From: an uncultured virus (IMG/VR IMGVR_UViG_3300010885_088079) | Taxonomy: Duplodnaviria; Heunggongvirae; Uroviricota; Caudoviricetes | DNA length: 20,000 bases | Virus record (IMG/VR): IMGVR_UViG_3300010885_088079 | Direction: 5' to 3' (one strand) | Program-made: the position numbers and the translations under genes | Shown here: positions 1 to 8,498 of the stretch, one piece after another | Layout: each line of letters starts with the position of its first letter | Numbering within the stretch: position 1 is the first letter of the stretch | The notes under the pieces: model-generated | What the model was told of the DNA's origin: nothing | Databases searched by the model: none | The model's input: only the letters and a program-made list of their open reading frames with translations

Positions 1-38
1 TTTTCATACATTTATTATAGTTTGTTTAGAAATATTTT

Positions 39-2474
39 TTAAGGTACGCATGGAGCATAGAACGGTGCCCCGCAAACTCTTTCTCCGTTAGCATTTGTCA
101 TGTCGGGATGACAATTGTCTGTGCAGGATCCAAGAGAATATTCATAATACCCTGGGCATTTCCCACCAGGAGCGTTTATACAATCGTCACCAGCCTCAGA
201 ATTATAGCACTGCCATATAAAAACTACTTCCCCATCACACCACGGTGGGGGGGGTGGAGTTTGGGGGGGTGGAGTTTGGTAAGTTGGTGGGGGTGTAGGC
301 ACAGGTATACATGTATAGTTTTCACATGTATAACCTGAAGGGCATCCGCAGAATCCACCGCACTCATCGCTTAAACCACAGCCATTTTCTAGACACTTAG
401 GAACACATTTGGTAGGAGTCGGATAAGGAGTCGGATAAGGAGTCGGATAAGGAGTGTAAGTAGGTGGATATGTTGGTGGCACCGTAGGTGTAGGTGTTTC
501 ACAGTAGCTACACGGCAAGCACATGCCACGGCAGTAGCACCAATCGCATGGACAACATGTAATTCCGGTGTCCGTTGTAAACGGACACAGCAGTATGATT
601 TTACATGGATCTGGATATGTTGGCGTAGGTGGAACAGTTGGCGTTGGCTCCGGTGTAGGCGTAGGCTCGTCCGTGGGCGTAGGCGTTGGTGGTTTTGTTG
701 GTGTAGGCGTTGGTGGTTTTGTTGGTGTAGGTTCTGGGGTTTTTGTTGGCGTGCTTGTTGGTGTGCCTGTTGGTGTGCCTGTTGGAGTTCCTGTTGGAGT
801 CTCTGTTGGAGTCTCTGTTGGAGTCTCTGTTGGAGTCTCTGTTGGAGTCTCTGTTGGAGTCTCTGTTGGAGTCTCTGTTGGAGTTTCTGTTGGAGTCTCT
901 GTTGGAGTTTCTGTTGGAGTTTCTGTTGGAGTTTCTGTTGGAGTTTCTGTTGGTGTTTCTGTTGGTGTTTCTGTTGGTGTTTCTGTTGGTGTTTCTGTTG
1001 GTGTTTCTGTTGGTGTTTCTGTTGGTGTTTCTGTTGGCTTTCCCGTAGTCGTTACCGTAGGCGTTGGCGTGGGCGACGGCGTTGGTGTTGGCGTTGGTGT
1101 TGATTCAACGCATGTCCCAGAGCCACTTCCGTCCTCCTGACACACGTATCCATCTGGACATCCACAGAAGGTTTCAATGCAATTATTAATGTTGCATCCT
1201 GGATCACCCCCGCAAATATAACCTGTACCACACCTTGGGGCTGATCCTTCTGGGCCTTGCAACACCGGGATGTAATCATAGCCACCGTATGGGTTAGCAG
1301 TCTTAACCATTACAAATTCATTCTGTGGGCAACCTGGGCAGGTCACTACTGGTGTTGGAGTGGGTGGTTCTGTAGGCGTTGGAGTAGGTGGAGTTGTTGT
1401 TGGAGTTGTTGTTGGTGTTTCTGTTGGTGTTTCTGTTGGTGTTTCTGTTGGTGTTTCTGTTGGTGTTTCTGTTGGTGTTTCTGTTGGAGTTTCTGTTGGA
1501 GTTTCTGTTGGTGTACTTGTTGGAGTTAGAGTGTTAGTGTTAGTTGGTGTAGGAGTAGGAGTGTTAGTTGGTGTAGGAGTAGGAGTACAACCTAAATCAC
1601 AATCTTTTTTACTCTTATAACATCCATCACAGGGAGATCCATTGTCTACACAGTTTCCATCAATACACATCCAATTACAGTCACTACACTGACACTCACA
1701 TGTACCACAACCAGGCAAGCTAGGATCGTACACCCAAACGCCAGGCAATCCACCTGGGCACGGTGATTTTTCACGACATAACTTTTGTAATTCTTCAATA
1801 TTAGTACATTCTGGTGTTGTTGTTGGTGTTGTTGTTGGTGTTTCTGTTGGTGTTTCTGTTGGTGTTTCTGTTGGAGTTTCTGTTGGAGTTTCTGTTGGAG
1901 TTTCTGTTGGAGTTGTTGTTGGAGTTGTTGTTGGTGTTGTTGTTGGTGTTTCTGTTGGTGTTTCTGTTGGTGTTTCTGTTGGTGTTTCTGTTGGTGTGTA
2001 TGTTGGTGTTTCTGTTGGTGTGTATGTTGGTGTTTCTGTTGGTGTGTATGTTGGTGTGTATGTTGGTGTTTCTGTAATAGTTGGAGTTGGGGTAGCTGTA
2101 GGACAAACAGGTATTGAACTATAGTATTCTTCTCCAAAATCTGAACAATACTGCGGTTTGCAGTTTTGATTTATTACGCCTATGTAAACTTTTTTGGTAA
2201 CAGACTCATAGGTTCCGTCTAGATTACAGTAATAACATGTTGTGTCTTCGTATTTTACACAATTATACGTTAACATTTCTTCGCATGTTTTTGCACATGC
2301 ACAAAGGCAATCTGTTTGTCCTTTGTAACATGGGTCCTGCGTGCATTTTCCGAAAGTGCAGTTGCTAGCACAGTCATATCCTTCACAACCAGAAGTACAT
2401 GGTTTAGCAAGGGAAAATACTACGTTTCCTAAGTCATTTAAGAAACCTTTTAATCTATCCCTTATTTTTACCAT
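39..2474 (-). CDS. Mucin-like Pro/Thr-repeat, cysteine-rich protein (811 aa); possible virion fibre/decoration or surface protein
   Basis: Long ORF with three ([12 protein letters not shown])n tracts separated by Cys-rich modules, including a repeated module ([10 protein letters not shown]...GTCV and [10 protein letters not shown]...YTCI). No hydrophobic signal peptide is visible. Its start overlaps the end of the upstream gene by 20 nt. The function is inferred. Confidence 0.8.
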   Translation of the reverse strand: MVKIRDRLKGFLNDLGNVVFSLAKPCTSGCEGYDCASNCTFGKCTQDPCYKGQTDCLCACAKTCEEMLTYNCVKYEDTTCYYCNLDGTYESVTKKVYIGVINQNCKPQYCSDFGEEYYSSIPVCPTATPTPTITETPTYTPTYTPTETPTYTPTETPTYTPTETPTETPTETPTETPTTTPTTTPTTTPTETPTETPTETPTETPTETPTETPTTTPTTTPECTNIEELQKLCREKSPCPGGLPGVWVYDPSLPGCGTCECQCSDCNWMCIDGNCVDNGSPCDGCYKSKKDCDLGCTPTPTPTNTPTPTPTNTNTLTPTSTPTETPTETPTETPTETPTETPTETPTETPTETPTTTPTTTPPTPTPTEPPTPTPVVTCPGCPQNEFVMVKTANPYGGYDYIPVLQGPEGSAPRCGTGYICGGDPGCNINNCIETFCGCPDGYVCQEDGSGSGTCVESTPTPTPTPSPTPTPTVTTTGKPTETPTETPTETPTETPTETPTETPTETPTETPTETPTETPTETPTETPTETPTETPTETPTETPTETPTETPTETPTETPTGTPTGTPTGTPTSTPTKTPEPTPTKPPTPTPTKPPTPTPTDEPTPTPEPTPTVPPTPTYPDPCKIILLCPFTTDTGITCCPCDWCYCRGMCLPCSYCETPTPTVPPTYPPTYTPYPTPYPTPYPTPTKCVPKCLENGCGLSDECGGFCGCPSGYTCENYTCIPVPTPPPTYQTPPPQTPPPPPWCDGEVVFIWQCYNSEAGDDCINAPGGKCPGYYEYSLGSCTDNCHPDMTNANGERVCGAPFYAPCVP
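415..450. repeat. 12-nt tandem repeat GGAGTCGGATAA x3 (encodes YPTP on the minus strand)
   Basis: Directly visible at 415-426, 427-438 and 439-450. Confidence 0.9.
739..1038. repeat. 12-nt coding tandem repeat: 20 copies of GT(T/C)TCTGTTGG(A/T) at 799-1038 plus about 5 degenerate copies; encodes (PTET)n
   Basis: Counted directly. Synonymous variants occur in homogeneous blocks (GTCTCTGTTGGA, then GTTTCTGTTGGA, then GTTTCTGTTGGT). Confidence 0.95.
1393..1524. repeat. Second 12-nt (PTET/PTTT)n coding repeat tract
   Basis: The same GTTTCTGTTGG(T/A) and GTTGTTGTTGG(T/A) units, about 11 copies. Confidence 0.9.
1813..2073. repeat. Third 12-nt ([12 protein letters not shown])n coding repeat tract
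   Basis: The same unit family, with GTGTATGTTGGT (PTYT) variants; about 21 copies. Confidence 0.9.
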
Positions 2475-3717
2475 AATTTTCTACCAAAAAGCTGATTTTT
2501 ATTAGATCTATTTCGTTTTTTTCTCCATAGTTCAATAAATTATTTATGTTATCTATGATCGTTTTTTGGTCATCAGAATTTAACTGAGAGGAGGAAACTA
2601 TTTCTAAATAGTTTCCTGAGCACCTTACTTCTTTTATTTCTTTAAAAAATGATAGTTTCTCTCTTACCTTTAGGATGCTTTTACCTTTTATTAGGAATGG
2701 TCTATTATCTAAAAACTCAAATTCTCTGTACAATCTACCGCAATCACATCTTTGATAATTTTTATTGTCTATTTTACATAAATCTCCGTTCCAATAGTTA
2801 ACAAAAGGACTCGCTAAGGAGAAATAATCTGTTGATATTAGTTTATTGTCTTTCTCCACGCACCACGATATATTGTCCATTAAATGGTAGTTTTCTTCTT
2901 TACATGTAAAGAATGTCGCACCACCATCCCAGCATCTCATGTGATCGCAAATACTATCAAAAAGATTGTTATCTTTTACATATTTGATTGTCTTTGCCAT
3001 GAGCTTTTCATTTGTATTGCTGAGAAGTGTAGAAATTTTTACATTTAAGTTTTTTCTTTGTAGGTAATTACACAGAGCACTTAAGTTGGGACCAGTAGTA
3101 AATGTCACATCTATTTTATTATTTTTAATGTGGTTCACTAGATAGTGAAAAAAAGCATCACTGTTTTGCCTAAAAGCTTCAAAGTTTGTGTAATGAATTG
3201 TTCCATTTCTCTTTCTTCCATGATGCTCCATAAAGTTTTTAGAGTCGCTTCTTACTTCTATGACTTCTTTAATTGGCAACTTTAGGTCAAAAAAGAATAA
3301 AATATTGGGTTGCTCTTTGATGTTGAATTCATCCAAAATAAGATCATAATGATTATCGCACTCTATAAAGTGCAAAAAGTCTTCCCATCTTCGATAGGAG
3401 AAAGAATAACCAGTGGTGCTACCACTTGTAGCCATAGGGCATGAGTTTATCTCTTCAACATACCACTTATCTTTGTTTATAAGATCCGCCTTTTCAGCGA
3501 ATTCCTTTCGTTCTAGATAAGAAAATATAGGGCTTTTTTCTTGTGCCCAAAGATGTATGTTTAGTATAAGAAGCTTTATAGTATCTCTTACTAGGTCTTC
3601 ATCTTCATATAAGAGATTAGTGCATATCTTTTTGTAGTCAAAAAGCATTTGCTTGCTTGGAAGCTCTTTGTTGCTCCATTTTTTAATGAAGCTTATTACT
3701 TCCTGTGTATTCCGCAT
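2455..3717 (-). CDS. Phenylacetate-CoA ligase/CapK-like adenylate-forming (ANL superfamily) enzyme
   Basis: P-loop-like [13 protein letters not shown] (equivalent to the RYxTGD motif) and CDCGR Zn-knuckle, all typical of the PaaK/CapK family. The start is placed at ATG 3717 (MRNTQ, after AGAGAGGG) rather than 3765 to reduce overlap with the upstream gene. Confidence 0.75.
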   Translation of the reverse strand: MRNTQEVISFIKKWSNKELPSKQMLFDYKKICTNLLYEDEDLVRDTIKLLILNIHLWAQEKSPIFSYLERKEFAEKADLINKDKWYVEEINSCPMATSGSTTGYSFSYRRWEDFLHFIECDNHYDLILDEFNIKEQPNILFFFDLKLPIKEVIEVRSDSKNFMEHHGRKRNGTIHYTNFEAFRQNSDAFFHYLVNHIKNNKIDVTFTTGPNLSALCNYLQRKNLNVKISTLLSNTNEKLMAKTIKYVKDNNLFDSICDHMRCWDGGATFFTCKEENYHLMDNISWCVEKDNKLISTDYFSLASPFVNYWNGDLCKIDNKNYQRCDCGRLYREFEFLDNRPFLIKGKSILKVREKLSFFKEIKEVRCSGNYLEIVSSSQLNSDDQKTIIDNINNLLNYGEKNEIDLIKISFLVENYGKNKG

Positions 3718-4367
3718 CCCTCTCTTAGAAAAAAGTTCAAAGTTATCTTGTTTGTATGAGCCCATTTAAAGTCTTTCCATCTAGAAACAAGGTCCCAATC
3801 GTTACATTTTTTTACATATCTCCAACCACCAAACTTATTTATTAACCATCTTTTGTGCATTATCTCTGAGCTATCTATGTAGCCTTGTTTTGGGGCATTA
3901 TTATGAATTCTTTGCCCAACAACTTTGAGATTATTATCTATAAGTCTAGTACCAGTGTATGCCATATCTGAATCATTATCTTTGATAACTTTGTATAGGC
4001 TTTCAATGTGATCTTTTTCAAACCAGTTATCGTCGTCAAGATAACAGATTATGTTATTGTCACTATTCATTATTGCAAAGTTTCTCGGACCCCAACCTGC
4101 TCCGCTACAATGCATCGGAAGATTGAAGTATTTGAACCTACAGTCTTTTTTTGCAACACTTTTGCAGAAAACATCTGCTTCTTTGCATAAGTCACATTCA
4201 ATGCAATTTAGTTCAGACTTAGAGCATGAGTCTTTGATTAGGAAACAGTCAAAGTGAGGATATGTTTGCTCTATTACAGAGTTAGTGGATCTTTCAATCC
4301 ATTCTATTGGTGAGTGATATGTGGGTAAGCAAACCAATATTTTTTCGGGTTGTTTGTACCGTAGCAT
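3696..4367 (-). CDS. Family 2 glycosyltransferase (GT-A fold)
   Basis: N-terminal VCLPTY, SVIEQTY, PRNFAI, ICYLDDDN (DxD), and GGW...DWDL. An AAGGAGGT Shine-Dalgarno sequence lies just upstream of ATG 4367. Confidence 0.9.
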   Translation of the reverse strand: MLRYKQPEKILVCLPTYHSPIEWIERSTNSVIEQTYPHFDCFLIKDSCSKSELNCIECDLCKEADVFCKSVAKKDCRFKYFNLPMHCSGAGWGPRNFAIMNSDNNIICYLDDDNWFEKDHIESLYKVIKDNDSDMAYTGTRLIDNNLKVVGQRIHNNAPKQGYIDSSEIMHKRWLINKFGGWRYVKKCNDWDLVSRWKDFKWAHTNKITLNFFLREGCGIHRK

Positions 4368-4413
4368 CCACCTCCTTGCGGCCAAAAGCTAATTTCGAAT
4401 TAGCCAGCATTCC

Positions 4414-4441
4414 TTGACAAAACTTTCAGCTGTGGTATATA
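4414..4441 (+). promoter_or_regulatory. Putative sigma70-type (early) promoter for the ParB-like gene
   Basis: TTGACA (4414-4419), N16, TATATA (4436-4441), with TG immediately upstream as in an extended -10. It lies in the divergent intergenic region. Confidence 0.6.
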
Positions 4442-4553
4442 GGATTTTTGTCTTCGATTTTACAATGGGGTTTTCCGTGCTAAACTCATACTAACGGTCC
4501 ATTTCGAACGCTTCGATTTGGAGTGCCGTGCTACATCAGTTACGAGGTGATTA

Positions 4554-5597
4554 ATGAGCGGATCTGTTGGATCTATAGCGGACCTTATGCTCGCGAAGCA
4601 AAAAAGGCTGCCGATACCTGATCTTGAAGTTAAACGAACCATTGTTTCGGATTCATCTGCCGAGCAGATAGAGGCGATTCAGCGTGAGGCTGTGATCAAC
4701 CGAGATCATTACCTTTCTGAGTCTCGACGTTCTGGTCTGCCTTGGTTCAAATGCATTCGTAAGCCCATCCAATATAGTGAGTTTGTCATGCTTACTAGAG
4801 AGATGGCAGAAGAAATTAAAAAAGACATCTGGTCGGTTGCCGAAGGCAACAGAAACATCAAAAGGCTCCACGTTGAAGCCTTGCAGCGTGACATTGAAGC
4901 AGGAAGATGGCTTCCAACTCATGAATCGATTGCAATCGATGTCAACGGCCAGACAAACGACGGCCAGCATCGCTTGACTGCTTTTTTGAATTCCTCAAAG
5001 TCTGAGGTTTGCTTCTACATCACTTTTAACGTCCTGCCGGAAGCCAAATTCGCTGTAGACAGTGGATCTAAGCGAAATACTGGTGAAAAGCTCTCCATGA
5101 TCATTGATAGAAAGTGGGGATCTAAGGTCACTGGCTTCTGTCGGGCTATAATGCGTGGAGTTAATGCAAAAGCCCGATATACAGATTCCGAGATCGCAGA
5201 ATTTGCAACCACTTGGGAACCTGTAGTGGAATGGGTCATGGATCATTGCCCCAAAGCCGCTGCGGAGATTCAAGCTGCTATTGCCAAGATGTACATTTTT
5301 TATGGTCCCGATCTTATCGCTGATTTTTGCGATAGATTCAGGAATGTACGCTTTATTGAAGAGGGTGATCCTGCGAAGGCCTTGTATGTTCAAGTGGACC
5401 GTATAAAGGGCTGTCCGGACCTTAAGAAATATCGGTTGACACTTAGTGCATTGAATGCACTAGTGAACAACAGAAAGGTTAAGGTCTTAAGAGAGATCGA
5501 TGGAGACATCTTTGATTGGGAAAAAGGTCGCTCTAATAGAGAGTGGAATGCTCCCAAGGATTCTTGGTGGGCAAGGGTTGGATCGAAGCAAGTTTGA
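4554..5597 (+). CDS. Phage ParB-like (ParB/Srx fold, DGQHR motif) protein with a helical C-terminal domain
   Basis: LTREMAEE...NRNIK...HESIAIDVNGQTNDGQHRLTA...DSGSKR pattern of phage ParB-N-like proteins. GAGGTG Shine-Dalgarno sequence upstream, with its own promoter and terminator. Confidence 0.8.
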   Translation: MSGSVGSIADLMLAKQKRLPIPDLEVKRTIVSDSSAEQIEAIQREAVINRDHYLSESRRSGLPWFKCIRKPIQYSEFVMLTREMAEEIKKDIWSVAEGNRNIKRLHVEALQRDIEAGRWLPTHESIAIDVNGQTNDGQHRLTAFLNSSKSEVCFYITFNVLPEAKFAVDSGSKRNTGEKLSMIIDRKWGSKVTGFCRAIMRGVNAKARYTDSEIAEFATTWEPVVEWVMDHCPKAAAEIQAAIAKMYIFYGPDLIADFCDRFRNVRFIEEGDPAKALYVQVDRIKGCPDLKKYRLTLSALNALVNNRKVKVLREIDGDIFDWEKGRSNREWNAPKDSWWARVGSKQV

Positions 5598-5617
5598 CCC
5601 TACAATGTGACCTAAGG

Positions 5618-5654
5618 AGGGGCTCTACGTGAAATACCGTAGAGCCCCTTTTTT
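5618..5654 (+). terminator. Rho-independent terminator after the ParB-like gene
   Basis: Perfect 12-bp stem AGGGGCTCTACG / CGTAGAGCCCCT with an 8-nt loop, followed by a T-run, 20 nt after the stop codon. Confidence 0.9.
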
Positions 5655-5679
5655 ATAACTATGACAAAAGGTTGAGGCT

Positions 5680-7275
5680 ATGAATCAAATTAAGATAGAT
5701 TTCTGGATAAGCAACAATCAAAATGTTTTGTTTTCCGGCAAGCATGGTGTTGGTAAAACAGCTATCGTAAAAGATTCATTTGAGCGTCATGGTCTTAACT
5801 ACAGGTACTTTTCCGCATCTACTATGGATCCTTGGGTGGACTTCATAGGAGTTCCTAAAGAAAAGTCCTTAGGGGCATCATCCGAACAAATGCTTTTAGT
5901 CAAAGATCTAATCCGTCTTGATCAAAAAATTGCTGTTGATTGGGTCATGAAAAACTGGGGCATGAGCAAAGAGTCCTCTGAGAAGATAGTCTCTAGCTTA
6001 TCTCTTGGAAATGATACCTATTTAGAACTTGTTAGACCGGAAGTCTTTGCAACTGGTGAGATAGAAGCATTGTTCTTTGATGAATTCAACAGAAGTCCCA
6101 AGAAGGTTAGAAACGCAGTCATGGAGCTGCTGCAGTTTAAGTCAATCAATGGACATGTTTTTCCTAAATTAAGGCTAATATGGGCAGCTATCAACCCAGA
6201 AGATGATTCATTGAATTCTTATGATGTTGAAAAAATGGATCCGGCCCAAAAGGACAGATTTCATGTATTTGTATCTGTGCCCTACAAACCTAATGTTGAA
6301 TGGTTTAGGGATAAGTACGGAAAAAAGATTGCAGATGCTTCTGTGTGTTGGTGGAATGAGTTAGAGAACAAGGATGAGGTTTCTCCTAGAAGGCTTCAAT
6401 ATGCCTTAGACACTTACTTAAAAAAGGGCGATCTTAGAGACGTTCTTCCTCCATCTAGCAATGTCTCAAAGCTATACAACGCACTCAGCAGCGGACCTGT
6501 TTTAGAAAAACTTCATGAATTTATGTCTAGCGGACGGCAAGAGGAAGCCATAGTATTTCTCTCAAATGAGAACAATTTTGCTTCTGCAATAAAGTACATA
6601 GTTAAATCAAACGATTTAATGGCATACTTTCTTCCTCTGATACCAAAGGAAAAAATATCTGCAATTCTCTCACAAAACGATAGCACTTCTTCGTTCATAA
6701 TTTCCAACTCTCTTCGTGTGCCAGTTTTTAAAGAGATTTGTGGCGAAGTAATAAAGGCATCAACAAACAGTTCCTTAGTAAAAAAAATACGTAGACATTT
6801 TACAGAATCTCAGTTTGTTATGAACGAAGGAGTTGGGAAGTGTAAATTCTTCTGCAATAAGAATGTAGACCAAAACGTCTGGGTGGACCTGTTGAAGGCG
6901 ATGTCAACTCTGGATACAAGAAAAGATAGGCTCAATATAATGTCCAACATAGCCTCAAATATACCGGAAAATATTTATTTGCCACAGATAAAAACTTGTC
7001 TTGACCTTATTTCTAAGCTAGACCCTGAGCCGTCAGAGATTGTTGAAGGAACGATAAAAGCTACTCCTTGGTCGAATTTTGTTGAGATCGTCAACCATTT
7101 AATTCGTGAGGGTATTTCTTTATCATCTTTGGACAAAGAATTTCTTCCTGTGCCTCGTGATCAAGCTTTGATATCGTTTAAAGAATCCAACATTCAATCC
7201 TTATCAAAGATCTATGCGGCTATAAAGTTGGCTGGTTTTGAGGAATCAGTAATTAGATCGTGCGAGCAATTATGA
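5680..7275 (+). CDS. MoxR-like AAA+ ATPase (AAA_5/dynein-related) with a long C-terminal extension
   Basis: Walker A GKHGVGKT, Walker B LFFDEFNR, sensor-1 AAINP, arginine finger DPAQKDRF, sensor-2 SPRR. Confidence 0.9.
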   Translation: MNQIKIDFWISNNQNVLFSGKHGVGKTAIVKDSFERHGLNYRYFSASTMDPWVDFIGVPKEKSLGASSEQMLLVKDLIRLDQKIAVDWVMKNWGMSKESSEKIVSSLSLGNDTYLELVRPEVFATGEIEALFFDEFNRSPKKVRNAVMELLQFKSINGHVFPKLRLIWAAINPEDDSLNSYDVEKMDPAQKDRFHVFVSVPYKPNVEWFRDKYGKKIADASVCWWNELENKDEVSPRRLQYALDTYLKKGDLRDVLPPSSNVSKLYNALSSGPVLEKLHEFMSSGRQEEAIVFLSNENNFASAIKYIVKSNDLMAYFLPLIPKEKISAILSQNDSTSSFIISNSLRVPVFKEICGEVIKASTNSSLVKKIRRHFTESQFVMNEGVGKCKFFCNKNVDQNVWVDLLKAMSTLDTRKDRLNIMSNIASNIPENIYLPQIKTCLDLISKLDPEPSEIVEGTIKATPWSNFVEIVNHLIREGISLSSLDKEFLPVPRDQALISFKESNIQSLSKIYAAIKLAGFEESVIRSCEQL

Positions 7276-8483
7276 GCATCAAGATTGAAAATGATGAATG
7301 GATGGATTTATTGTTCTCTTTGGAGAACCACCATGCGGTGTTTTACAAACTTTGGCAGATAGGCAAGCCTCTATTCACAGAAGAGATAGAGACCGCAGCC
7401 TGCCAGTTTGATAAGTCCGGTAACTTTGTTGTGTTTCTTTTTAACCCTGAATTTTGGAATAGCTTAGATCAGTATAACAGGCTGTTCGTAATATGTCATG
7501 AATGCTTGCACTTGATGCTTAACCATGGAGTTCGTATTAAGGATTCTAAGTTTTCAAACAGACAAGCTTGTAATCAATGCTTAGATGTCGTTGTCAATCA
7601 CTTATTGGTTGAAAGCTTTAATTTCGATAGAAATAAGCTTTTTGATGGAGAAAGCTACTGTTGGGTTGACACAGTGTTCCCTGATACTAATGTTTCTACA
7701 AAGGAGACTTTTGAGTATTACTATCAGCTTTTCGAAAAGTCTTATGGAGACGGATCACCTATAGCAGACACACATACTGTTGATGACCACAAAGCCATGC
7801 AGTGTGATTCTTTCAACCCGATAGATGTTGTCTCGCAAATGTCTGACTTTGAAAAAGGCACACTCTCTGTTCTGTCAAAGCATATCGGACAGGAAAAAGG
7901 AAAAGATTGGGCGATAATTACTGGGCGACCAAAAATTAAGCAGAAGTGGGAAAGCGTGATCAAAAATTGGTCAATTAGAAGAAAAAAAGATATTACCAAA
8001 GAGTTGGAACAATGGGCTAGATTGAACAGAAGATTGTCTCCAATGCGATCAGACTTAATGCTCCCATCGGAGATGGAAGTTGATGACTGCTTATTTGAGA
8101 AATCCAAGATAAGAGTTTGCTTTTTTCTTGACTCCTCTGGCTCCTGTTGGCATCTAAAAGACAGGTTTTTTCAAGCGGCCTTGTCGCTTGACCCTAAAAT
8201 GTTTAGTGTAGACCTTTTCTGTTTCGATGTGGCTGTCCACAAGGTGGACCAACGGGAATTGAAGGTTTTTGGAGGTGGTGGAACTTCATTTGCCATAATA
8301 GAGAGCCACCTCCAAGACTCTGGCGAAAACTATCCGGATGGCGTATTCGTAATTACAGACGGGTTCGGAGACAAGGTTCTACCTAAGTTTCCAAATAGAT
8401 GGAATTGGTTTCTTACGGAGGATGGAAGAGACTCTCTCTTGCCAAAAAACAGCAACGTTTATCAACTTTCAGACTTTGAATGA
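7272..8483 (+). CDS. HEXXH metallopeptidase-like plus VWA-domain protein (DUF2201-like), partner of the MoxR ATPase
   Basis: FNPEFW...HECLH (HEXXH) at the N-terminus. MIDAS motif DSSGS, GGGT and ITDG at the C-terminus. ATGA overlap with the ATPase stop at 7272-7275. Confidence 0.88.
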   Translation: MSIKIENDEWMDLLFSLENHHAVFYKLWQIGKPLFTEEIETAACQFDKSGNFVVFLFNPEFWNSLDQYNRLFVICHECLHLMLNHGVRIKDSKFSNRQACNQCLDVVVNHLLVESFNFDRNKLFDGESYCWVDTVFPDTNVSTKETFEYYYQLFEKSYGDGSPIADTHTVDDHKAMQCDSFNPIDVVSQMSDFEKGTLSVLSKHIGQEKGKDWAIITGRPKIKQKWESVIKNWSIRRKKDITKELEQWARLNRRLSPMRSDLMLPSEMEVDDCLFEKSKIRVCFFLDSSGSCWHLKDRFFQAALSLDPKMFSVDLFCFDVAVHKVDQRELKVFGGGGTSFAIIESHLQDSGENYPDGVFVITDGFGDKVLPKFPNRWNWFLTEDGRDSLLPKNSNVYQLSDFE

Positions 8484-8498
8484 AATAGGAGAATGATT

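Noticed and set aside
1..7. Possible minus-strand gene start at the left edge (TATAAT-6nt-ATG AAA)
   Set aside because: Only two codons are inside the window, which is too little to call a feature.
245..300. G-run cluster that could form a G-quadruplex
   Set aside because: Fully explained by the poly-Pro codons ([12 protein letters not shown]) of the minus-strand ORF.
739..2073. Tandem repeats as a possible CRISPR array, origin iterons or DGR template
   Set aside because: The units are contiguous with no unique spacers, stay in frame and vary mainly at synonymous positions. No cas or reverse transcriptase gene is present.
568..2137. Alternative-frame and antisense ORFs over the repeats (VGVS, LLES/LLVF, CWCF, QQKH and NRNT polymers)
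   Set aside because: They are shadows of stop-free 12-nt repeats and end where the repeats end. Only the PT frame continues through the unique Cys-rich segments.
4554..5597. DGQHR protein as DndB of a phosphorothioate system or as a ParABS partition gene
   Set aside because: No dndA/C/D/E or parA is in the window, and the sequence pattern fits phage ParB-N-like proteins better.
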